In this document: positions 36,982 through 45,865 of the stretch, piece by piece | Layout: each line of letters opens with the position of its first letter | Position numbering within the stretch: position 1 is the stretch's first letter | Assembly (NCBI GenBank): GCA_045600145.1 | Contig: JAZRXI010000023.1 | Location: 16,192 to 80,191 of the forward strand | Direction: 5' to 3' | DNA: 64,000 nt | Source: Clostridia bacterium | GTDB lineage: Bacteria > Bacillota > Clostridia > Christensenellales > QALW01 | Position numbers and translations under genes: made by a program | Notes under the pieces: generated by a model | The model's input: the letters and a program-made list of their open reading frames with translations, nothing else | What the model was told of the DNA's origin: nothing | The model's database searches: none

Positions 36982-39900
36982 ATGAATTCTGAAGAAATGA
37001 CCCCTGCGATTATTTTTTCGACATTGGCAGAGAAAAAAGCCGTTAAAAAGGCAAAAGAATATACCGATGCCGCTATTGCCGCTCTCCCGAACGGTCTTGT
37101 ATATAAGGGCGCCGTTGCTTATTTTGACAATCTCCCGACATCCCAAGTGGAAATCGGAGATTGCTATACTGTAAAATATAAAGGCAGTACGGGAACGGAA
37201 GCAGACGGTACCGAATATGCTTGGGGAACTTTTGAGGGAGTAAATCAATGGATTCCTGTCGGTCCGGATATCACAGGCAAAGCGGATAAAGTTAAAAACG
37301 CAGTATCAGACAATCTCGCTGCATTGGATGCTGACGGTAATATCAAAGATTCGGGCGTTCCGAAAAATGATATTGCAAATGCGGTCAGTTATTCGGCACA
37401 GACGGGAAAAACCGATGCAGAAAAAACACAGGCGCGTGAGAATATTGAAGCGGAGCATAAGCACCCGTACATTTCGCTGCGCCGTATCGACTCATATTTA
37501 TATGAGGCAACATTTCAAGCACTTGCGCCGGAAATTGACCTCGATGTAGTAACGGGCGGTATGTGCAGTTCTTATGTTCAAGGCGGGAAACTTTATTCCA
37601 ATCTTGATTGGAATTACGCAGAAACGGCATCGTTCCACATCATCTGTCCCGGATTTGAGGGTATGGCGTTCTTGGGCTCTTTAACCGATACACAGCTTGA
37701 CGATAGGCTGATAGGTCAACTGCCGTATCACATTCGTGATGGTAGGAATGAAAACGGCATTATGGTTGCAACCCACATTCTTTATAATGATTGGGATGCA
37801 CACGGCAGCGGCGAAATCCCGCTTACGAAACTGCCGTATATCGCCTTGACACGCATTAAGTCTATGGCGACTATTGAGGATGACCTTGACGGAGTGCTTG
37901 ACAATCTTCACACAACTCCGGCTATGGATGCGGCGGAATATCTTATTCAAGTTATCGTATCAGACGGTACGACAACTTGTGTACTGCGACCCGGCAACAG
38001 TTCTGCGGGTACTTACGAAATTGTTGACATCACCGCAAATCCGAAGTTAACGAATTTCCGTTGGGTAAGCAATCCCACCGTAGCACGCACCAATCTGCAG
38101 AACAGACCGACAGGCGTTGAACGGTGGAATGAAATGCCGGAAGCGTTATCAGACCTTCGTTTTACAAAAGCCTATGAATCACCCATCCGTCTTTCAGAGT
38201 TTATCGGCATTAACCATACAACGAAAGACAGCACCGATGCAGAACTGACCGAAATTTATAATACGGCTCACGATTTGTACGAACAGCGTAGCAGAGACGG
38301 CTCGACCTGGCAGACAATGCATAGCGTTATCTATTCTCCGCACGGTATCGAACACCTTTGGGTGCAGGAGGATTGGTCGCGTGATTATGTAGGTATAGCG
38401 GGAGTGCCGACAAAACTTTCTGATTTGGAAAGTGATTCGCTACACCGTACCGTTACCGATGCAGAAAAAACGGCTTGGAACGGTAAAGCAGAAAAGGACA
38501 CCGAAGCAGAAAAAGGAAATGTCGCAATATTCGATATTGACGGTAATCCCTCTGATTCGGGATATAAGTATGCTCCCGAACAGAAAACCGCAAGTATGAA
38601 ACAAAGTGTCGGCGTTGACACAGAGGGTAAATTGTGGGTAGAAACCGATTCCGGCAAACCTCGCTTTGGTGTAACAGGTGTCGGCAAATCACCCACAACT
38701 CTTACACGCATATGGGATTCTACCGGCTTCACCGCAACGCCGAGCACCGATGCCGCCGCAGGCCATTCGGACTTTGACTCTTTCAAACCGTTCAACCGCA
38801 ATAAATGTGTCGGCTCTTGGGCGCTCGTTGGAGATAAAGCGGTATTTACTCCACAGGCATATTATGGCGATGTTGATTATGCCGAAGATGGCACTATGGG
38901 CGATTATGTCGCTATTGATGTAACACCGTTCTTTTGGTATCACGATAACAATTCGGGAACATTTGCTGTATCTGAAGGATGGCATTCGGGATGGGAGTAT
39001 CACCCTGTTTGCCTTGACGCTGACGGTAAGCCGAGAGAACACACCTATCTGCCGGCGTATGAACTCGGAATGGTAAACGGAAAACCTGTTTCACTTCCCG
39101 GATGTCATCCCGAATTCGGAGCATACAAAGCACTGTGGGATAAATGCAGATTGTATGGCGATGGCGGAAATATCAAAAACAAGTGCATTATGGAGCCGTC
39201 TGACGTCAACCATTACAATTGGTTGCTGATGACTATTGAATTTACAACGACCAATATGCGGGCCATAATGCAAGGTGCAACAAGTATGCGTTATTCATCC
39301 GATGCCGTTCAGCTTTCGGGTACGGATGTCAACTCTGTAGTCCTTACAAGCAGTGTTGGCGATGCCTATGTTGTAGGTCAATCAATCTACTTAGGCTCCG
39401 CACATTCGGACACGCCATCAAGTGTAGCGGCATACAATGTTGTTACAGCAATCGAAAAGTGCGATTCTGATGGGACATTAAATCCGTCCGGCACATACCG
39501 CAAAATTACCTTTGACGGAACACCGCGAACGGTAACTGCCGCAAGCACAAAAATCGGCTCACGCCCGTGGATAACCGGCTCAACAAATTCCGTGCTCGGT
39601 CATACCGGCTCACCTGTTTCCAACACGGACAGCAAGCACCCCTGCAAGTATCGTTGGCTTGAAAATCCTTATGGAAGTATCAATAAGACTTGCATCGACC
39701 TTATGGATGCGCGTGTAGAAGACGGCGACAGTTTCAAACTTCGGTGGTACTACAATAGCGAATACAAGCACAACGGCGCAACGGCAACATCCAATCCGTC
39801 ATCGGAAAGCGCGTTCACGGAAGCGGCAGGATGGCATTTGCTTTCTGTCGAAACCGATAAAGAACACTATGTCAACGGTTACATCAAAGAACTGTCGGCG

Positions 39901-40128
39901 GATGCTGATTATCCGACTGTTTTTGTCCCGACCAACACAACGGGTGGCTCTGCGACTACATATTACGCAGATTACGCCTACCTCGTGCATTCCCACGCGG
40001 TGCGTGCTGTTCGGCGCGGTGGCGACCTGGCCTTTGGCGCGTCCTATGGTCCGTGCTACTTCTACGCGGACTCCGCGCCCTCGTCCTCGCATTGGACGTA
40101 CGGCGCCGGGCTTTTCTTTGCCCAGTAG
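36982..40128 (+). CDS. tail fibre / receptor-binding protein; DGR target gene (variable C-terminus)
   Basis: 1048 aa. The last ~50 codons are the VR copy of the downstream TR, and the C-terminus has the RRGG...YGP.YF...W.YGAG pattern. Confidence 0.8.
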   Translation: MNSEEMTPAIIFSTLAEKKAVKKAKEYTDAAIAALPNGLVYKGAVAYFDNLPTSQVEIGDCYTVKYKGSTGTEADGTEYAWGTFEGVNQWIPVGPDITGKADKVKNAVSDNLAALDADGNIKDSGVPKNDIANAVSYSAQTGKTDAEKTQARENIEAEHKHPYISLRRIDSYLYEATFQALAPEIDLDVVTGGMCSSYVQGGKLYSNLDWNYAETASFHIICPGFEGMAFLGSLTDTQLDDRLIGQLPYHIRDGRNENGIMVATHILYNDWDAHGSGEIPLTKLPYIALTRIKSMATIEDDLDGVLDNLHTTPAMDAAEYLIQVIVSDGTTTCVLRPGNSSAGTYEIVDITANPKLTNFRWVSNPTVARTNLQNRPTGVERWNEMPEALSDLRFTKAYESPIRLSEFIGINHTTKDSTDAELTEIYNTAHDLYEQRSRDGSTWQTMHSVIYSPHGIEHLWVQEDWSRDYVGIAGVPTKLSDLESDSLHRTVTDAEKTAWNGKAEKDTEAEKGNVAIFDIDGNPSDSGYKYAPEQKTASMKQSVGVDTEGKLWVETDSGKPRFGVTGVGKSPTTLTRIWDSTGFTATPSTDAAAGHSDFDSFKPFNRNKCVGSWALVGDKAVFTPQAYYGDVDYAEDGTMGDYVAIDVTPFFWYHDNNSGTFAVSEGWHSGWEYHPVCLDADGKPREHTYLPAYELGMVNGKPVSLPGCHPEFGAYKALWDKCRLYGDGGNIKNKCIMEPSDVNHYNWLLMTIEFTTTNMRAIMQGATSMRYSSDAVQLSGTDVNSVVLTSSVGDAYVVGQSIYLGSAHSDTPSSVAAYNVVTAIEKCDSDGTLNPSGTYRKITFDGTPRTVTAASTKIGSRPWITGSTNSVLGHTGSPVSNTDSKHPCKYRWLENPYGSINKTCIDLMDARVEDGDSFKLRWYYNSEYKHNGATATSNPSSESAFTEAAGWHLLSVETDKEHYVNGYIKELSADADYPTVFVPTNTTGGSATTYYADYAYLVHSHAVRAVRRGGDLAFGASYGPCYFYADSAPSSSHWTYGAGLFFAQ
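39974..40110 (+). other. DGR variable region (VR)
   Basis: 137 nt, 121 identical to 40297-40433. Fifteen of the 16 mismatches fall at TR adenines. Confidence 0.85.
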
Positions 40129-40148
40129 GGGTGAATGCCGTAGGCAGA

Positions 40149-40187
40149 GGGGGTCGCAACCCCCTTGTTATCCGCGCGTAAGCGCGG
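40149..40187 (+). promoter_or_regulatory. two GC-rich tetraloop hairpins just 3' of VR and the fibre stop
   Basis: GGGGGT-cgca-ACCCCC (40149-40164) and CCGCGC-gtaa-GCGCGG (40172-40187). Confidence 0.6.
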
Positions 40188-40296
40188 TAATGATTTTCGT
40201 TATTTTATAACGAAGCAAAGACATTTCATATAAAATGCCTTATACTATATGATAACGGGATTATAATGTGCTTAGTGGGTGGCTTTTGTCCTCTCC

Positions 40297-40433
40297 ACGC
40301 CTACCTCGTGCATTCCCACGCGGTGCGTGCTGTTCGGCGCGGTGGCAACCTGAACAATGGCGCGAACTATGGTCCGTGCTACTTCAACGCGAACAACGCG
40401 CCCTCGAACTCGAATTGGAATTACGGCGCCGGG
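40297..40433 (+). ncRNA. DGR template region (TR)
   Basis: Invariant copy carrying 10 AAC/AAT codons where VR differs. It lies 130 nt upstream of the RT start. Confidence 0.85.
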
Positions 40434-40563
40434 ATTCCCTATACAGTCGAAATGCGAATGTTAGTATTGCACATTATTCTTCCGTGGTTCCTTTGGAATC
40501 GAAATGCCATCCGACTGGATCGGCTTGGTAGGTTTACTCTCGAAGAGCCGAAAGGATGAAAAG

Positions 40564-41823
40564 ATGAAACGTGCCGGGTATATTTGGGAAAAGTTTTGCA
40601 CAGTAGAAAATGCAACGAAAGCAATATATCGCGGTACCGAAAATAAGCGCAAAGACAGAGTCGTTGTTCGTCTATTCGGCAGCGGCTCTGCTTCGCATAC
40701 AGGAGAACTTGACCCGGACAAAGTCAGACGCTATGCCGAAAAATTGGTCGAATGTCTTGAAAGCGGAAATTGGCATCATCAAGAAGGTCTAAAGAAACCT
40801 ATTGTGTCAGGCGGAAAAGCAAGAGAAATCGAAATAGCAAAACTGCAAGACCATTTTATTCAATGGATGGCTATACTTGCCATTGAAGATTTGTTGCTCA
40901 AAAAGATGTATCGTTATTCTTGTGGGAATGTTCCCGGTCGTGGTATAGAATACGCAAGAAAAACGGTTGAAAAATGGGCAAGGTCGGGAGATTGCAAGTA
41001 TTTTGTTAAGCTCGATATCAGACACTTTTATCAAAATATAGATGCCGCGAGATTAGCAAGTATCATTCACGGTATGATAAAAGATAAGAGATTTTTGAGT
41101 GTCATTGACGAAATCATATATTCTACGGCCGTACCGGCAGAAGACGGAACTATGCGCGGTTTGGCAATAGGATATTATTCAAGCCCATGGCTCGCAAATA
41201 CATATCTGAACTCTCTTGACAGATTTATCACATCGGACTTATACAAGGAACGCAGAGGGAAACGCGTACATTATGTAAAACATTATTTGCGTAATGTAGA
41301 CGACCTGCTTCTTATGGGAAATTCCAAAAGTGATTTGAAAAAAGCCGTTAAACAGGTAATAGTTTTCTGCAAAGAAAATCTTGGTCTTGAAATCAAACCC
41401 GCTTGGGAGATATGTGCCATAGGAACTATGACGACCGATGGAAATGGAAAACAGATTGTTGCTCCTGGAACAAAAAAGATTGATATTGTCGGCTATACTT
41501 TTACAACCACTACAACAACGGTGCGCGACTATAATTTTCTCCGTTGCAGGAGATTGGCGAAAACTATTGCGAAACGATTGGAAGAAAGAAATGTCGTATT
41601 CCTTAGGAACGCCCGTGCGCTCGAAAGTAGATGCGGTTGGTTTTCACACGCCGATTCAGCATATTTCTTCAAGAATTACATTGACCCATATATTGACCGA
41701 AATTTTATTAAAGAGGTGATTTCTTATGCGGATAAGAACGGAATTATCGGAGATGCCGCCCGCGTTTACTGTCGCCAAAGAGGAGACGAAGGCGGTTATT
41801 ACATTTTATACGGATGTTGCTGA
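40564..41823 (+). CDS. DGR-type reverse transcriptase
   Basis: MKRAGYIWEKF...N-terminus, KLDIRHFYQNID, GLAIGYYSSPWLANTYLNSLD, LRNVDDLLL, IVGYTF. AAAGGA RBS upstream of ATG 40564. Confidence 0.9.
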   Translation: MKRAGYIWEKFCTVENATKAIYRGTENKRKDRVVVRLFGSGSASHTGELDPDKVRRYAEKLVECLESGNWHHQEGLKKPIVSGGKAREIEIAKLQDHFIQWMAILAIEDLLLKKMYRYSCGNVPGRGIEYARKTVEKWARSGDCKYFVKLDIRHFYQNIDAARLASIIHGMIKDKRFLSVIDEIIYSTAVPAEDGTMRGLAIGYYSSPWLANTYLNSLDRFITSDLYKERRGKRVHYVKHYLRNVDDLLLMGNSKSDLKKAVKQVIVFCKENLGLEIKPAWEICAIGTMTTDGNGKQIVAPGTKKIDIVGYTFTTTTTTVRDYNFLRCRRLAKTIAKRLEERNVVFLRNARALESRCGWFSHADSAYFFKNYIDPYIDRNFIKEVISYADKNGIIGDAARVYCRQRGDEGGYYILYGCC

Positions 41824-42214
41824 GGAACAACGCGAGGAAGGAAAGGCATACACCGCTATATCGTGGACTATCGAAAGATATTGGTCCCCCGATATAGAGC
41901 AGCGCATCGCAAACAACTTGTCGAAGTGGCTTGCAGAAGCGCAAGACGAATGTTACAACAAAGCCGCAGAAATCGTAAGAGCGGAAAGAAATGCGCTACT
42001 TACGAACAGCGACAAAGATATGGCGTTCGACAGGCTCAATATTGACCTGCCCGAAAACATTGCTGCCATAAACTTGCTCACTTCGTTTATTTCTTTTATC
42101 AAGTCTCTTAAAGAGATTATGACGGGCGCAGTGGCAAAATACAGACAGGCATTGAGAGACATACCGGAACAGGAAGGTTTCCCGTATGATGTAAAATGGC
42201 CTGAAAAGAAATAA
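41726..42214 (+). CDS. tail fibre assembly / chaperone-like protein
   Basis: C-terminus KYRQALRDIPEQEGFPYDVKWPEKK is typical of tail-fibre assembly proteins. AGAGGTG RBS. Overlaps the RT 3' end by 98 nt. Confidence 0.5.
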   Translation: MRIRTELSEMPPAFTVAKEETKAVITFYTDVAEEQREEGKAYTAISWTIERYWSPDIEQRIANNLSKWLAEAQDECYNKAAEIVRAERNALLTNSDKDMAFDRLNIDLPENIAAINLLTSFISFIKSLKEIMTGAVAKYRQALRDIPEQEGFPYDVKWPEKK

Positions 42215-42229
42215 AAAGGAGTATTTGAA

Positions 42230-42436
42230 ATGACACAATTAGAACTTATAGATTGCTTATGCAACATAATGGAAATGCAATCAAAAATCATACGCGAACA
42301 GGCGCTTTTCATTGAAGAACAGCTGACGGTCGATGATGCGCTCAAAAGAGAGTTTGCAAAAAAGCGAATTGCAGTAGATGATGAGCTTGACCGCGTGGAG
42401 TATAATATGCGCTCATTTCACAATACTTCGAACTGA
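42230..42436 (+). CDS. hypothetical helical protein
   Basis: AAAGGAG RBS. 68 aa. Confidence 0.45.
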   Translation: MTQLELIDCLCNIMEMQSKIIREQALFIEEQLTVDDALKREFAKKRIAVDDELDRVEYNMRSFHNTSN

Positions 42437-42454
42437 CAACAAAGTACAGATTTT

Positions 42455-42484
42455 CCCCGATGAAAATTCATCGGGGTATTTTTA
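42455..42484 (+). terminator. intrinsic terminator
   Basis: CCCCGATGA-aaat-TCATCGGGG followed by TATTTTTA. Confidence 0.7.
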
Positions 42485-42503
42485 TGCCCGGAGGTAAAAG
42501 AAA

Positions 42504-42785
42504 GTGGAAAACGGAATAAACATCACGCCACAAGGAATCATTACAACCGCCGCAGTAATATCGGCGGTTGCGGCTATTTTAGGCATCATATTTGCGGTGT
42601 ATCGTTGGTATCTGAAACAAAACAAACAGGATGAAGATATCAAAGAAATAAAAGATGAGCAAACAATACTCACTTATGGCGTTTTGGCTTGTCTGAAAGG
42701 ACTTGCCGAGCAGGGTTGTGATGGTCCTGTAAAAGATGCCATAAACACGATTGAAAAACACATTAACAAACAGGCGCACAGGTAG
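42504..42785 (+). CDS. single-TM membrane protein (holin-associated, GTG start)
   Basis: GGAGGT RBS. One TM segment (ITTAAVISAVAAILGIIFAVY). Confidence 0.4.
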   Translation: MENGINITPQGIITTAAVISAVAAILGIIFAVYRWYLKQNKQDEDIKEIKDEQTILTYGVLACLKGLAEQGCDGPVKDAINTIEKHINKQAHR

Positions 42786-42793
42786 GTGAAAAT

Positions 42794-43087
42794 ATGAAGA
42801 AAAAGCGATTTAATAAAATGGACTTCTTCCTTTTGCTTATCGCCGTTGCTCTTATTGTATTCACTATCGAAATGATAGGTATATTCAAGGAAACAGGTAT
42901 GATACCCGATACGCTTGTTACTTGTGTGTTCGCCGCGCTCGGTGGTGAATGCGGCGCGATGGCGTGGATAAAAACCACAAAAGAACGTCAAAGAGACCGC
43001 AAAGAAATGTTAGAAGACCGCGCACACGATGAAGCGCGGGAGGATGCAAAATCTAAAAACACGGAGGATTATCACTATGGGACTTAA
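42794..43087 (+). CDS. holin (two TM)
   Basis: Two hydrophobic segments followed by a charged C-terminus. Directly upstream of, and overlapping, the endolysin gene. Confidence 0.55.
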   Translation: MKKKRFNKMDFFLLLIAVALIVFTIEMIGIFKETGMIPDTLVTCVFAALGGECGAMAWIKTTKERQRDRKEMLEDRAHDEAREDAKSKNTEDYHYGT

Positions 43088-44831
43088 AGGCGCAACGAAC
43101 GAAGAAAAGATTTGGAATTTCCTTATCGAAAAAGGTTTCAATGCATACGGTGTAGCCGGACTTATGGGAAACCTTTACGCCGAAAGCGGACTTCGTTCTG
43201 ACAATCTCCAAAACACCTACGAAAAGAAACTCGGTTATAACGATGCGGGTTATACTTCCGCCGTTGATAGTGGCGCGTATAACAACTTTGTGCGTGATTC
43301 GGCGGGGTACGGTTTGGCACAATGGACATATTGGTCGCGCAAGCAAAATCTTCTGAATTATGCAAAGAGTGTCGGCAAAAGCATAGGCGACCTCGAAATG
43401 CAACTCGGATTTCTTTATAAGGAATTGTCTGAAGGTTACAAGAGCCTGTGTCAGTTGCTGAAATCTGCCACATCGGTCAAAGATGCGTCAACGGCAGTTC
43501 TCACACAATTTGAACGCCCTGCAAACCAAAGCGAAAGCGCAAAGAATACAAGGGCTTCATACGGTCAGAAATACTATGACAAGTATTCAAAAACAGAAAC
43601 AAAAAAGGAGACGAAAACTATGTCGAAAATCTCAACGGCTGCTGAACTTGCAGAAAGGGCTATTGATGCAGCCAAAAATCACAAAACCCTTTATGTTATG
43701 GGCGGTATCGGATATCCGTTAAATGAACGCGGAAAGCAGAGAAGCCAAAACAATTCGTGGAATACCACGCCGGACCGCAAAGCATTCATTAACGCCGCAA
43801 CAGATGACACTTTCGCTTTTGACTGCGTGTGTTTTATCAAAAGTTTGCTTTGGGGATGGCGCGGCGACAAAACAAAGACTTACGGTGGTGCAGAATACGA
43901 GAGCAACGGAGTACCTGACATCGGTGCCGATACGATGATTACACGGTGTTCAGATGTCTCTACCGATTTTTCCAAAATTTCGGTTGGCGAAGCCGTATGG
44001 ATGCAGGGACACATCGGCATTTATGTCGGCAACGGTCTTGCGGTTGAATGTACTCCTGCGTGGGCTAACAAAGTACAGATTACCGCTTGCAACTGCACAA
44101 AGAGCGGATATAACCGCCGTAATTGGACAAAGCACGGTAAACTCCCGTATGTGAAATACGAAGCAGAAGCCGCCCCTGTGGTCGAGCCGGCAAAGCCTGC
44201 AGATACAAGCCTTAAATTCAAGGTTGGCGACATCGTCAATTTTACAGGAAAAACACATTACAAAAATGCAAACGCTGCGACCGGCACCGCCACCAAAGCA
44301 AGCAAAGCGAAGATTACTGCCGTATCTGCTTCCGGTAAACATCCGTATCATTGCCGCGCCGTAAACGATGGCGGTGCTTTTGTTGGCGGTGTTTACGGTT
44401 GGGTAAATGCCGCCGATGTTTCTGCCATCTCCGTTCCGAAACCTGCGGCTACTTCTGCAAAAAGCGTTGACGAACTTGCAAAGGAAGTTATTAACGGTAA
44501 ATGGGGTAACGGAGAAGAGCGCAAAAAGAAGCTCACCGAAGCGGGTTATGATTATGCCGAAGTTCAAAGCAAAGTAAACGAACTATGCGCAGCGCCGGCA
44601 AAGGCGGCACCGTGGACTCCTGCTATCGGAGACAAGGTCAACTATAAAGGCAAGGTGCATTATAAAAACGCAAATGCGCCAAGCGGATATGATTGCCGAG
44701 GCGGTTTGGCTACCATTACCGCAATTTATCAACTCGGAAAGAGTAAGCATCCGTATCATCTTGTAAAGGTGTCCGGCTCCGGCGCAACCGTTTACGGTTG
44801 GGTAGATGCAGGTACATTTGAAAAGGCGTAA
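43077..44831 (+). CDS. multidomain endolysin (lysozyme-like N-domain, NlpC/P60-like domain, SH3-like repeats, CW_7-like motif)
   Basis: GVAGLMGNLYAESG...YGLAQWT, then FDCVCFIKS...GHIGIYVG. Two repeats of VGD.VN..GK.HYKNANA...KHPYH. INGKWGNGEERKKKL. Confidence 0.85.
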   Translation: MGLKGATNEEKIWNFLIEKGFNAYGVAGLMGNLYAESGLRSDNLQNTYEKKLGYNDAGYTSAVDSGAYNNFVRDSAGYGLAQWTYWSRKQNLLNYAKSVGKSIGDLEMQLGFLYKELSEGYKSLCQLLKSATSVKDASTAVLTQFERPANQSESAKNTRASYGQKYYDKYSKTETKKETKTMSKISTAAELAERAIDAAKNHKTLYVMGGIGYPLNERGKQRSQNNSWNTTPDRKAFINAATDDTFAFDCVCFIKSLLWGWRGDKTKTYGGAEYESNGVPDIGADTMITRCSDVSTDFSKISVGEAVWMQGHIGIYVGNGLAVECTPAWANKVQITACNCTKSGYNRRNWTKHGKLPYVKYEAEAAPVVEPAKPADTSLKFKVGDIVNFTGKTHYKNANAATGTATKASKAKITAVSASGKHPYHCRAVNDGGAFVGGVYGWVNAADVSAISVPKPAATSAKSVDELAKEVINGKWGNGEERKKKLTEAGYDYAEVQSKVNELCAAPAKAAPWTPAIGDKVNYKGKVHYKNANAPSGYDCRGGLATITAIYQLGKSKHPYHLVKVSGSGATVYGWVDAGTFEKA

Positions 44832-44833
44832 TT

Positions 44834-45019
44834 ATGGATGAGATTATGGATTTTGTGTTGCTCGTTCTGATAATCGTCTGCTATGCCGTATGGATTGTGA
44901 GCCTTGCAAAATATGATGGGAAATGCCCGTGTGAGCCAAAGGATTGCAAAAACTGCGTGTATAGCGGTACAGGATGTAAGACAGATCCGAAAACAAAAGG
45001 AGAAGATTGTAATGATTAA
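44834..45019 (+). CDS. small membrane protein with Cys-rich tail
   Basis: 61 aa, one TM, CPCEPKDCKNC. Confidence 0.35.
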   Translation: MDEIMDFVLLVLIIVCYAVWIVSLAKYDGKCPCEPKDCKNCVYSGTGCKTDPKTKGEDCND

Positions 45020-45323
45020 CAGTATTTTCATTTCGGGTATATCCTTAACGGGATTGCTCGGATTTGCGGCGTTCTTAACTTCCGCGATAGTCGAAGTTAC
45101 AAAAAAGATTAAACCGTTTTCCCTTATGCCTACGCAACTGTGGTGTATGATTGTATCTTTTGTCGTATGTGTTTTGGCATACTTCGGGTACAGTGCATAC
45201 TCGGCGATACCTGTTCATTGGTATTTTGTCGCTTGCGTTGTTGTAGCATCGTTTATCGTGGCATATATCGCAATGTATGGATGGGACACGCTTAAAACAT
45301 TGTATGAACGATTTAACAAATAA
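45012..45323 (+). CDS. three-TM membrane protein (second holin-like protein)
   Basis: 103 aa from ATG 45012, with three hydrophobic segments. Confidence 0.5.
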   Translation: MINSIFISGISLTGLLGFAAFLTSAIVEVTKKIKPFSLMPTQLWCMIVSFVVCVLAYFGYSAYSAIPVHWYFVACVVVASFIVAYIAMYGWDTLKTLYERFNK

Positions 45324-45342
45324 ATAAAGAGTAAAAAACGAA

Positions 45343-45390
45343 AGCCCTGTACGCGCTAAATAATAGCGTTTACAGGGCTTTTTCTTTTTA
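45343..45390. terminator. bidirectional terminator between convergent units
   Basis: AGCCCTGTA..CGCTA-loop-TAGCG..TACAGGGCT flanked by an A-run and a T-run. Confidence 0.65.
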
Positions 45391-45403
45391 TCCGGTGTAA
45401 ACC

Positions 45404-45667
45404 TTATCGAATGTCTTTCCTACCGTTGCAACGGGCGTATGCGCGAACTGCGTGCCATTCTGTAATTAAATCTGCACATCCGCTACAATCGTGCAATGCT
45501 TCATCCATTCCGCACTGTTCACAAACATACACATCGGCTCGTCTGCTCAAACAGTTATTATGGAGTTTTTCGCGCATAGTCTTTTCTCCGCATCGTGGGC
45601 ATATCTCAAAATCTCCGCTTTGCTGTTCTTCGGCAATTTTTTCTATTATTTTTATCGCTTCAATCAT
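45404..45667 (-). CDS. zinc-ribbon protein
   Basis: GGGAGG RBS. CPRCGE...CEQCG...CSGC. 87 aa. Confidence 0.5.
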   Translation of the reverse strand: MIEAIKIIEKIAEEQQSGDFEICPRCGEKTMREKLHNNCLSRRADVYVCEQCGMDEALHDCSGCADLITEWHAVRAYARCNGRKDIR

Positions 45668-45686
45668 CGTCTTATACCTCCCACTG

Positions 45687-45860
45687 TTAGTTATTAAGAC
45701 CATCATACAATTCACCAACAACATTAGCAACGAATTGTATTGCCGGATAGTAATGAAGTTCTCTACTCAGTTCTAAAGCATATTCTTTTGCTGCTTCCAA
45801 TGTATTGAATCTTAGGTCTTTGTTTCTGTCAACAAAATAGTAACAAATTTCATAATCCAT
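45687..45860 (-). CDS. hypothetical small protein
   Basis: ATG 45860 lies 5 nt after the upstream stop, with a GGGGTG RBS. 57 aa. Confidence 0.4.
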   Translation of the reverse strand: MDYEICYYFVDRNKDLRFNTLEAAKEYALELSRELHYYPAIQFVANVVGELYDGLNN

Positions 45861-45865
45861 ATTAT

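Noticed and set aside
40266-40559. Two overlapping plus-strand ORFs (97 and 87 aa) covering the region after the fibre gene.
   Set aside because: They only translate the DGR template repeat and spacer. One frame mimics the fibre C-terminus because it is its copy. There is no RBS. The region is better explained as the non-coding TR RNA.
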